DNA from: Octopus sinensis
Lineage: Eukaryota
Direction: 5' to 3'
DNA: 64,000 nucleotides
NCBI RefSeq assembly: GCF_006345805.1
Contig: NC_043008.1
Span: forward strand, 60,946,001 to 61,010,000
Part shown: in pieces, positions 14,985 to 24,274 of the stretch
Numbering within the stretch: position 1 is the first letter of the stretch
How the letters are laid out: every line of letters starts with the position of its first letter
Notes under the pieces: model-generated
The model's input: only the letters and a program-made list of their open reading frames with translations
Told to the model about the DNA's origin: nothing
The model's database searches: none
Position numbers and translations under genes: made by a program

Positions 14985-14985
<1 letters not shown>
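14690..14985 (-). mobile_element. 3' part of an HHR-containing SINE-like element, preceded on the minus strand by (AAT)n(AAC)n
   Basis: Homologous to 15230-15345. Its junction catcgaaaaata after (AAT)n(AAC)n is shared with the tRNA-headed copy at 15368-15523. Confidence 0.65.
14777..14822 (-). ncRNA. Minimal type I hammerhead-like motif
   Basis: Minus strand reads gauac CUGAUGA a-gacuuu..agagcc GAAA cg UC guguu. Stem I has 5 bp including 2 GU pairs; stem II is imperfect with one extra A; ACGU palindrome in stem III. Confidence 0.55.
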
Positions 14986-15023
<38 letters not shown>

Positions 15024-15169
15024 ATATGTGTGTACGTATGCATGTATGTATGGATGTATACCAAGCTACCAAGCGGTTACTTAATGAGTTTAAGAACCTC
15101 ACCAATGTGACTTGCTTGGGTTCTTTTCGCAGGAGAAAAACGTCAACCAGGTCCAAAGTCTAACAGAAC

Positions 15170-15364
15170 AAATGAGATGTTACTTCTAATGTACCCAGAG
15201 TTATACATACAAACAGTTCTATATTTTGAGAGATGAGGAATTATGTAAATTATTTACATTATTTACATTTGACGGATATTTGCCCTCATTTCGTTTGTTG
15301 TTAACCCAACATTTCGCTGATATACCCTCCAGCTTTCATCAGGTAAACCACTACGCGATATGCC
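15170..15364 (-). mobile_element. Second, internally deleted copy of the HHR-SINE
   Basis: CTGATGA (15342-15336), GCTG/CAGC stem and GAAA (15315-15312), fused directly to the reverse complement of the SINE head (15347-15364). Confidence 0.6.
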
Positions 15365-15367
15365 AAC

Positions 15368-15461
15368 GGGCATATGGCGTAGTGGTAAAGAGCGCGCGCT
15401 ACTAACTCCAAGATTCCAAGTTCGATTCCAGGCAGTTGCCCAAATAATAATAATAATAATA

Positions 15462-15503
<42 letters not shown>

Positions 15504-15523
15504 CAACAACAACATCGAAAATA
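15368..15523 (+). mobile_element. tRNA-derived SINE head (tRNA-Arg-like) + (AAT)n(AAC)n + catcgaaaata
   Basis: A box TGGCGTAGTGG 15375-15385; B box GTTCGATTCC 15420-15429; no intact cloverleaf. Confidence 0.7.
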
Positions 15524-15600
15524 GGCGGTGCTCCAGCATGGTCACAGTCAAATGACTGAAACAAGTAAAAGAGTATATATATATACACATATATATAGAC

Positions 15601-15649
<49 letters not shown>

Positions 15650-15745
15650 ATATATAAGTCCTGGGGTCGATTTGCTCGACTAAAGGCGGTGCTTCAGCAT
15701 GGTCACAGCCAAATGACTGAAACAAGTAAAAGAGTAAAAGGGTAT
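15524..15745 (+). mobile_element. Two 5'-truncated family A SINE tails (15524-15572, 15656-15745) separated by (TA)n
   Basis: ggcggtgct.cagcatggtcacag.caaatgactgaaacaagtaaaagag tail. Confidence 0.85.
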
Positions 15746-15764
15746 ATATATATATATATATATA

Positions 15765-16145
15765 TCTATATAAACGGCAGTTTGTATGTGCGTGTTTCTG
15801 TGTGTCTGTTTGCTTGTACCCTCACCCTGACCACGGCTTTCAACCGATTCTGATGAAACTTGACACACACATAGCCCAATGTCATAATTCAAAACTAACG
15901 CAGCGAAAATTTTGAAAAGTTCCCCCAGTTCTGAAAAAGATCGATAAATTCGACATAGGGTCGACAATCAGAAACACAAACCACAGATGGTCTAGGGGAC
16001 GCAACTCGACCTTTTTAACTATCAAAAAAAAATTTACCATAATTTTTTCCCCCCATTTTTTTGCTATTTTTTGGCTATAACTCTCTAAAAATGCTTTATA
16101 GTTATTTCCCTTACAAACCCGAGCAACGCCGGGCGATACTGCTAG
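15765..16145 (+). mobile_element. Non-autonomous Helitron-like element
   Basis: 5'-TC at 15765, subterminal hairpin cccgagcaacgccggg, 3'-CTAG at 16142-16145, inserted between A and T. Confidence 0.75.
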
Positions 16146-16188
16146 TATATATATATATATATTATATATATATATATATATATAAGGG

Positions 16189-16266
<78 letters not shown>

Positions 16267-16280
<14 letters not shown>

Positions 16281-17228
16281 AAACGAAGAAAATGCTGACA
16301 AATAATTGAAGTAATTAAGTAATTTAATTAGGTGAAAGTTCTTTTTACCGGTTGCGCATTTGTTATGCTTATCAAAATATAAAAGAGAGATTAGAGTCTG
16401 TCTCTTATATGTGAAAAAAAGAGGCTCCAGAGTTGTTTTGGATTTGCTTGGTTTCGCGCCTAAAATTTTGATTGGTCATTATGAAGGGGTCCCGTGAATG
16501 TTTGAATGGAAGTTGGTGTTGGGGTAAGAAAAAAGGCCCCAGAGAAGTTAAAATTTGGCTAGTGTCCCGCCTAAAATTTCTTATTGGCCATAATAAAGAG
16601 GTCACGTGAATGTTTAGAATTTTCGAAAATAGTGTTGTTGAAAATTCTTATTGTTCAGGCTGGTCAGTAGACGTCATGTGGATATTTTAAATAGCTTTTT
16701 AGTGCGTAGTTAGGGAGTGTATTTTCCGCTTGACTGGATAAGTAAGTTCGTTTAGAACAGGGAGAGCTGTATGTATGTATGTGTGTGCGCGCGCGCGTGT
16801 GTGTGTTTATATGTATGTTGGGGCGCGCGCGCGTGTATATATGTGTATGTGTGTGGGTACAATTTTCAATATTTATAGTTCTGCTGGCCTTGTGCCTGTA
16901 TCGGGAAGCAACGTATTTGTGTGAAGTCATATTTACAGCCATTTCCAAAAAATAGTGTTGGATGTTTTGCACCCGTATTCAATTATGTGTATGTGTGGAA
17001 CCATATATTTGTGTGTGTCATGGTGTTAATATCTGGGTAAAGGTGTGTGTAGGGTGTGTGCAGGTGTAAGTGTGTTTGTTGTGGGTTCGTGTTAGGGGCA
17101 TGTGTTTAGAAGTGGTCTGTATTTATTAATAAGGTGGGATTCCATGGTTATTCGCTGGGTATGAGTGGCATTGTCTTTAAATTTGTAGAGGGGAAAGATT
17201 CTAAAATTGGGATGGAGTTGTGCGGCAC
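16267..17228 (-). repeat. Inverted pLTR/3' segment of the PLE
   Basis: Reverse complement of 21256-22218 with only a few differences. Confidence 0.95.
16335..16385 (-). ncRNA. Variant hammerhead, inverted pLTR copy
   Basis: Plus strand ctttttaccggttgcgcatttgttatgcttatcaaaa is the reverse complement of the motif. Confidence 0.55.
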
Positions 17229-17336
17229 ACACATACATACATACAGCTCTCCCTGTTCTAAACGAACTTACTTATCCAGTCAAGCGGAAAATACACTCCC
17301 TAACTACGCACTAAAAAGCTATTTAAAATATCCACA

Positions 17337-17610
17337 TGACGTCTACTGACCAGCCTGAACAATAAGAATTTTCAACAACACTATTTTCGAAAATTCTAAA
17401 CATTCACGTGACCTCTTTATTATGGCCAATAAGAAATTTTAGGCGGGACACTAGCCAAATTTTAACTTCTCTGGAGCCTTTTTTCTTACCCCAACACCAA
17501 CTTCCATTCAAACATTCACGTGACCCCTTCATAATGACCAATCAAAATTTTAGGCGCGAAACCAAGCAAATCCAAAACAACTCTGGAGCCTCTTTTTTTC
17601 ACATATAAGA
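17337..17610 (+). promoter_or_regulatory. Putative PLE promoter: duplicated E-box/CCAAT/E2F-like module plus TATA-like box
   Basis: TGACGTC 17337; TCACGTGA 17404 and 17516; CCAAT 17426 and 17538; TTTTAGGCGGGA 17437; GCGCGAAA 17554 (reverse complement TTTCGCGC); TATAAGA 17604, upstream of ORF1. Confidence 0.55.
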
Positions 17611-17625
17611 GACAGACTCTAATCT

Positions 17626-17675
17626 CTCTTTTATATTTTGATAAGCATAACAAATGCGCAACCGGTAAAAAGAAC
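17626..17675 (+). ncRNA. Variant minimal hammerhead ribozyme in 5' pLTR (U3-A8, C13)
   Basis: UUGAUAA 17638-17644, stem II GCAU/aacaa/AUGC, GCAA, palindromic ACCGGU, cleavage predicted after A17667. Stem I is weak. Confidence 0.55.
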
Positions 17676-17809
17676 TTTCACCTAATTAAATTACTTAAAT
17701 TACTTCAATTATTTGTCAGCATTTTCTTCATTTCCTTTTTTATATATCACCACTCGTGTTCGACATCTCCCTTTTTTTAAATATCATATCCCCGCACGAG
17801 ATACAGAAA

Positions 17810-19105
17810 ATGCCAACAAAAACTGAAACCACCCTAATCAACTTAAACGAAGAAATCCTACAGGAACTCAAAAACATCAACACCAACCTCTCTGTACTAG
17901 TCAACAAATTGGACTCTACTAATGAGGAAACCATTACCGGACACAAACCCTCCGAAATCGGCGATAAGCTACAAACTCTGTGTGATACGATCCACACCTT
18001 TTTCACCACCACCAACCCAGCCAAAAACAAAGAAGAACCATGTCAAATTGATTCATACAAACTGAAAAATCATATAATCCCAGAATGGAACAAATCCCTC
18101 AGAGACAGAAAGTTCTCCTTCTGGAAAATGATTAGAAACAACAACAAGGCCGAGATATACGAAAAATGGATGAACTCTACTCCTCTAACTCTTCCCCGCA
18201 AAATACAATTAAAAGCCATTCCCAATGAACCTGAACCTCAAAGACGACTTAGGGAAAGAATGGCATTAGAGAGACTGAAAACAGAGATTGAACTTCTCAA
18301 ATTAAGGGCCCAAACAAATGAGGAAAGAGTCAAAACAATCGATGAAGAGATCCTCCTCGTAATAAATAACAAGGCCGAAAGCCTACACATAGAGAATATC
18401 TCCAAGTTATGGAAAGATGACTGCAACAAAGAGGAACCAAAATCCCTACAACGTTGGGAAAAAAGTGCCGCCTGGTTCCTAAACTATGAATCGACTTTCA
18501 AAAGGGATTACTCTTCCAATAACCCGTTCATAAAAATGGGAAAACCAGGAACCCAACCACACAACTACTCCGCCAACCCTCCAACCTTGAACAAAAGAAG
18601 GAAACAGCATATTGAAGATGTACCTTCTTACCCCACGTCCATAAGGAGGAACAAGAACTCTGGAAACTCTCACCACCAGAATTACATTAACGAATTTCCC
18701 TCTTCAAGGAGACGCTATACACAACAACTCAACAACTACTCGAATACCTTATTAACAAATATAAGAGGATCCCACTACCAGGATAGACACAACAACATCC
18801 ACACCACGAGGGGACAACAAGGTAATTTTCACTTTCTCAACTCTCACAATACACAACAAACCCATACCACTCGATACAAGCACCCACGCAGGCCACTCAT
18901 ATCACCACAATCCATCACAACACAAAGAAACACACACCAACACCCGCAATACAGGAACACCCCATTCTATTCACAACCACGAACCCGAACTATATTTCAC
19001 AACAAGGAATATAACAAACACACAGGACCTCCTAACACCAACAGACAACCCCTCTACCCCAACCATTTTTTAGACACAGCACACAGATACAGGCAAACAA
19101 AATAA
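17810..19105 (+). CDS. PLE ORF1, 431 aa: coiled-coil N-half and N/H/Q/T/R-rich low-complexity C-half; function unknown
   Basis: Uninterrupted ORF (track 17756..19105; first ATG at 17810) between the pLTR and the RT. Heptad-like segments INLNEEILQELKNINTNLSVLVNKLD and LERLKTEIELLKLRAQTNEERVKTIDEEI. Confidence 0.8.
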   Translation: MPTKTETTLINLNEEILQELKNINTNLSVLVNKLDSTNEETITGHKPSEIGDKLQTLCDTIHTFFTTTNPAKNKEEPCQIDSYKLKNHIIPEWNKSLRDRKFSFWKMIRNNNKAEIYEKWMNSTPLTLPRKIQLKAIPNEPEPQRRLRERMALERLKTEIELLKLRAQTNEERVKTIDEEILLVINNKAESLHIENISKLWKDDCNKEEPKSLQRWEKSAAWFLNYESTFKRDYSSNNPFIKMGKPGTQPHNYSANPPTLNKRRKQHIEDVPSYPTSIRRNKNSGNSHHQNYINEFPSSRRRYTQQLNNYSNTLLTNIRGSHYQDRHNNIHTTRGQQGNFHFLNSHNTQQTHTTRYKHPRRPLISPQSITTQRNTHQHPQYRNTPFYSQPRTRTIFHNKEYNKHTGPPNTNRQPLYPNHFLDTAHRYRQTK

Positions 19106-21392
19106 CACAGGACAGGGAAGAGAAACATAAACTAATTAAAGTCATCAATTTAACCAATACAGAACCCAACCCCAACCTTCTCAACTTACTCTCCAAAGGT
19201 CTGAAATTCACACCAACCCCCCCCCCCACGTCCAAACTACTACGAAATGAAGGAAGACATTACAGAATTTTGTAGAAAATTGCGACTTAGTGAGGAACTA
19301 TTCGACCAGCACAATGAGGATGAGTCACTAGCTAGAAATAAAAGCAACTACACCCCACGAAAAGGTAGAAATAAAATCCTAGACGAATTCTGTGAGCACA
19401 TTACAAACTTCCCCTACCAACACTTACACAAACCAAAACCCAAACCAAACCTCAACAAGAAAGAGTGGGAAGAATTAAACAAATTAAAAAATGAAAGATC
19501 TATCACCATTAAAGAGGCCGATAAAGGAAGTGCAGTAGTCTTAATGGAGACAGAATACTATATCAACTTAGCACTCTCCACCTTGGAAAATGGAACATAT
19601 TACGAAAAGGCTGAACACTACAATCAACAGAAAATTATGAGAAACTTAAAAACCCTGATCAACCCCCACAAAGAAGAACTCACTAACAAAGAATTCAACT
19701 TCATCACAAATTTCACTAGTAAAACCAGCCTCTTCTACGGTATTCCCAAAATTCATAAAAGCGAATTAATAAGTAAGGCATGCAAGGAAGCCACAAACTC
19801 TGTAATCAATGTCCCCTCACCAAATGACCTCAAATTGAGACCTATAATAGCAGGTCCCGCTTGCGAAACCCACCGCCTTAGCAACTTCATTGATACCCTT
19901 CTCAAGCCGTTCCTCAAACACATTAAAAGCTACATAAGGGACGATCTAGATATGCTCAACCACCTCCCCAATACACTTCTTGCTGAACAAACCCTGCTAG
20001 TAACATTCGATGTAGTCAATCTTTACTCCAACATCCCCCACAACCTAGGAATAGAAGCTATCCAATTCTGGCTGGATAATTACTCCAACGAACTCCCACA
20101 CCGCATCAAAAAGGAATTTATTTTAGAAGGACTCAAATTCATCTTAGAGAATAATTTCTTCACCTTCAACAACAAATTCTACAGACAGAAATCAGGGACG
20201 GCAATGGGAACGAAAACAGCTCCCACTTACGCCAACTTAGTCATGGGATACATGGAAATCACCCTCTATAATAACGTTCTTAACCAATTTGGCACCACTC
20301 TCCACACACACATAGAGAAGAACTGGAAGAGATATCTTGATGACTGCTTCATCCTTTGGCCCGAAACCGTCGAGAAGCTTAACGAATTTCACACTCTTAT
20401 AAATGGGCTCAACACAAACATTATTTTCACAATGGAATACAGCCCTCAACAAATTCCCTTCCTCGACATCCTCATTAAAATTCACAACAAAAAAATAGAA
20501 CAGACATATACTACAAGCCCACAGACTCCAAGCAATACCTCCCTTTCAATTCATGCCACCCTAGACACGTTAAAATTAACATTCCCTACAACTTAGCCAA
20601 GAGAATTTGCACTATAGTCTCCAATAAAAACACCCGTCTCTTACGTCTACAAGAACTCAAGGGCACATTAACAAGCAGGGATTACCCCACGTCACTAATT
20701 GACAATGGGATCCAACGCGCCCTAAAACTCAGCACGCAGGAACTTAGACGCCCTAAACCTGTTACATCGAAACCCCATACTCTACCATACATCTCTACAC
20801 ACAACCCCTCAACAATGAAGCTTTTGACACCATCCTCCAGAACATTCCTGTATTACAAAAGGACCATAGAATGAACCAAATCCTCCTAACACACGAAATC
20901 ATAAAGAGCAAAAGGCAACCCAAATCATTGAAAACCATCCTAACAAATGCCAAAGTACTGCCAACCACAACAACTAAACCCACAGTAAACAAATGCAATA
21001 GACCCAACTGTGGTATATGCATCAACCTAATAGAAGGTCCGGAATTCCTTTTTAAACAAGGACAACGTTTCACAGTAAAACACAACTTCACATGCGCATC
21101 AGAAAACCTAGTATATGTCTTAACTTGCTCGGGCTGTAATGAACACTACATAGGCCAAACAAAAAATAGCCTCCGCCAACGCATGACTGTCCACAGATCC
21201 CAAATAAAAATACAGGAATATAGAAAAATAGCATTTAGTGCACATATTGATACCTGTGCCGCACAACTCCATCCCAATTTTAGAATCTTTCCCCTCTACA
21301 AATTTAAAGACAATGCCACTCATACCCAGCGAATAACCATGGAATCCCACCTTATTAATAAATACAGACCACTTCTAAACACATGCCCCTAA
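19036..21392 (+). CDS. PLE ORF2: reverse transcriptase + thumb + CxxxxCxxC linker + GIY-YIG endonuclease (three 1-bp indels in this sequence)
   Basis: VINL..LLSKGLKFTPTP (19141-19220); ADKG, YGIPKIHK, RPII, FDVVNLYSNIP, GTAMGT, RYLDDCF, IPFLD in track ORF 19247..20596. Frame 1 DIYYKPTDSKQYL..SCHP..NIPY from 20503. CNRPNCGIC, VYVLTCSGC, YIGQT..LRQR...H in ORF 20871..21392. Indels at ~19220 (C11), ~20500 and ~20808. Confidence 0.92.
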
Positions 21393-21696
21393 CACGAACC
21401 CACAACAAACACACTTACACCTGCACACACCCTACACACACCTTTACCCAGATATTAACACCATGACACACACAAATATATGGTTCCACACATACACATA
21501 ATTGAATACGGGTGCAAAACATCCAACACTATTTTTTGGAAATGGCTGTAAATATTGACTTCACACAAATACGTTGCTTCCCGATACAGGCACAAGGCCA
21601 GCAGAACTATAAATATTGAAAATTGTACCCACACACATACACATATATACACGCGCGCGCGCCCCAACATACATATAAACACACACACGCGCGCGC

Positions 21697-22248
21697 GCAC
21701 ACACATACATACATACAGCTCTCCCTGTTCTAAACGAACTTACTTATCCAGTCAAGCGGAAAATACACTCCCTAACTACGCACTAAAAAGCTATTTAAAA
21801 TATCCACATGACGTCTACTGACCAGCCTGAACAATAAGAATTTTCAACAACACTATTTTCGAAAATTCTAAACATTCACGTGACCTCTTTATTATGGCCA
21901 ATAAGAAATTTTAGGCGGGACACTAGCCAAATTTTAACTTCTCTGGAGCCTTTTTTCTTACCCCAACACCAACTTCCATTCAAACATTCACGGGACCCCT
22001 TCATAATGACCATCAAAATTTTAGGCGCGAAACCAAGCAAATCCAAAACAACTCTGGAGCCTCTTTTTTTCACATATAAGAGACAGACTCTAATCTCTCT
22101 TTTATATTTTGATAAGCATAACAAATGCGCAACCGGTAAAAAGAACTTTCACCTAATTAAATTACTTAAATTACTTCAATTATTTGTCAGCATTTTCTTC
22201 ATTTCCTTTTTTATATATCACCACTCGTGTTCGACATCTCCCTTTTTT

Positions 22249-22255
<7 letters not shown>
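21697..22255 (+). repeat. 3' pseudo-LTR including a ~37-nt tail (22219-22255) absent from the inverted copy
   Basis: Direct comparison of the three copies. Confidence 0.9.
22097..22146 (+). ncRNA. Variant hammerhead, 3' pLTR copy
   Basis: Same motif as 17626-17675. Confidence 0.55.
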
Positions 22256-22288
<33 letters not shown>

Positions 22289-22290
<2 letters not shown>

Positions 22291-22690
22291 CTTTTACTCT
22301 TTTACTTGTTTCAGTCATTTGGCTGTGACCATCCTGGATCACCGCCTTTAGTCGAGCAAATCGACCCCAGGACTTATTCTTTGTAAGCCTAGTACTTATT
22401 CTATCGGACTTTTGCCGAACCGCTAAGTGACGGGGACGTAAACACACCAGCAGCGGTTGTCAAGCAATGCTAGAGGGACAAACACACACAAACACAGACA
22501 AACATATACACACACATACATATATATATGTACATATATACGACGGTCTTCTTTCAGTTTCCGTCTACCAAATCCACTCACAAGTCATTGGTCAGCCCGG
22601 GGCTATAGCAGAAGACACTTGCCCAAGATGCCACGTAGTGGAACTGAACCCGGAACCATGTGGTTGGTTAGCAAGCTACTTACCACACAG
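22289..22690 (-). mobile_element. tRNA/CORE-like SINE family A, near full length
   Basis: Reverse complement of head ..gtggtaagtagcttgct.accaaccacatggttccgggttcagt.cc, core gcatcttgggcaagtgtcttc, internal microsatellite and gaaacaagtaaaagag tail. Confidence 0.85.
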
Positions 22691-23399
22691 CGTGTGTGTG
22701 TGTGTGCGTGTGCATCCTAAATGACTGTGCACACATGCTTTCAAGTTCTATCTCTATAACACATCTTTTGTGATACTTTTGCGTTCTTTATAATTTCTAT
22801 TTATTCACACAATCACACAAGTTTTGTCAGTGCTCTATTCATTACGATTCATTTCATTTCACTCTTTAACCAGCCCCAGTTTTCCCCCCATCCACATCGA
22901 CTAAAATATGTCAGTTGTTCACGCACATACCAATGTGTGTTAGTCAGTCGTGTTTTATGCAGACAACAACGGTTAGCCAAACTTTATGTATAGTCATGTC
23001 TTGTACGAATATTGTCTTATAATGTGTGCAAAACTTGCTTTACATAAGTTCAACATACGTAGTATTTTGTTTCTTTGTCATTGCTTGTTAGTCTTTGTAA
23101 CAAAGACCATTATTATAGAAGAGCACGTATCATATATCAAAGCTGAGACTTAGTTCAAATAATTGTGATGAGATTCTATTCTTCCATATTCTCCAACACA
23201 TTAATTCACACTTTAGCGCACCCTTCCTGTTTTCTATACGTATCCTCTCTCCCTTCGTTCTCTCTCTCATCCTCTCTCCCCCTCTATATATATATTTGCA
23301 TATACACACATGTATCTTTCTGCGCATACATGTTTGTATATCACGAGTGTGTTTATTTGTAGTATATCATATATAATACGAAATAATATAACATACATA

Positions 23400-23462
<63 letters not shown>

Positions 23463-23742
23463 CAACAATTGAGGGTAAAATTAATTAATTAATCAATTTC
23501 ACCAAGTATTCAGTACGCAAAGGGACCAATTAAGGCGAATTCAAATTATTACATTATATAAAAGGGCTTAGTAAAATAAATTACTTTGCCGCATACTGAA
23601 CTCATTAGAAATAGCAGCTAAAAAAACTTTTTTAAAGCTATTTCTAATACTTAAAGAAAACCTCTCTCATATAGTGTTTGCTCAATTCAACTCACGAAAG
23701 TATGGGGGTAGAGACATTAAAAAATCAAATGCAAAGGTTATT

Positions 23743-23795
23743 TGAGAACGTACGATTCAAGATTAGTCAAACTCGACATTTCTATCATCAGCTCA
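23743..23795 (-). ncRNA. Hammerhead copy with GAAA>GAAU change (probably inactive)
   Basis: Reverse complement of 24222-24274 except at 23755. Confidence 0.55.
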
Positions 23796-24221
23796 GAACT
23801 CCCTGGTTTGGATTTGAAAACACTGAAAGTGGGAGCATACCCTTTCGGCTTCTTATCGCTTCTGAAAATCTGCTCGAAACTAAGTGCCAGCAAACTCAAA
23901 AATGCAAGCGAAGAATTTCTGCTCTCCCCTTTCCACCAGCGTGGGTTAAATTCACTTGGTGAAATTGATTAATTAATTAATTTTACCCTCAATTGTTGAA
24001 ATTATAATTCATCTCTCTCTATATAATGCCTCGGATTTTACCGAAAAAAGCATAGTGTTTACTGATTTTAACCCACGCTGGTGGAAAGGGGAGAGCAGAA
24101 ATTCTTCGCTTGCATTTTTTAGTTTGCTGGCACTTAGTTTCGAGCAGATCTTCAGAAGCGATAAGAAGCCGAAAGGGTATGCTCCCACTTTCAGTGTTTT
24201 CAAATCCAAACCAGGGAGTTC

Positions 24222-24274
24222 TGAGCTGATGATAGAAATGTCGAGTTTGACTAATCTTGAAACGTACGTTCTCA
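24222..24274 (+). ncRNA. Type I hammerhead ribozyme
   Basis: ugag CUGAUGA [stem II AGA/UCU + GUC/GAC, U.U closing pair] GAAA cguacg UU cuca. Confidence 0.65.

Larger units (their letters stand above)
17225..17786 (+). repeat. 5' direct pseudo-LTR
   Basis: Matches 21697-22255 apart from a few differences. Confidence 0.95.
16267..22255 (+). mobile_element. Penelope-like retroelement (EN+, C-terminal GIY-YIG with Cys linker; Neptune/Nematis-type organisation), partial tandem with an inverted 5' segment
   Basis: RT + GIY-YIG ORF. Direct repeat 17225-17786 / 21697-22255 (unit ~4472 bp). Inverted copy 16267-17228 of 21256-22218. (TA)n on both flanks. Confidence 0.95.

Noticed and set aside
15368-15440. 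Possible tRNA gene
   Set aside because: It has A/B boxes but no complete cloverleaf and runs into (AAT)n; treated as a SINE head.
17665-17719. 55-nt GT..AG candidate intron in the pLTR
   Set aside because: Weak donor, and the GT is part of the hammerhead stem III; the ribozyme explains the sequence better.
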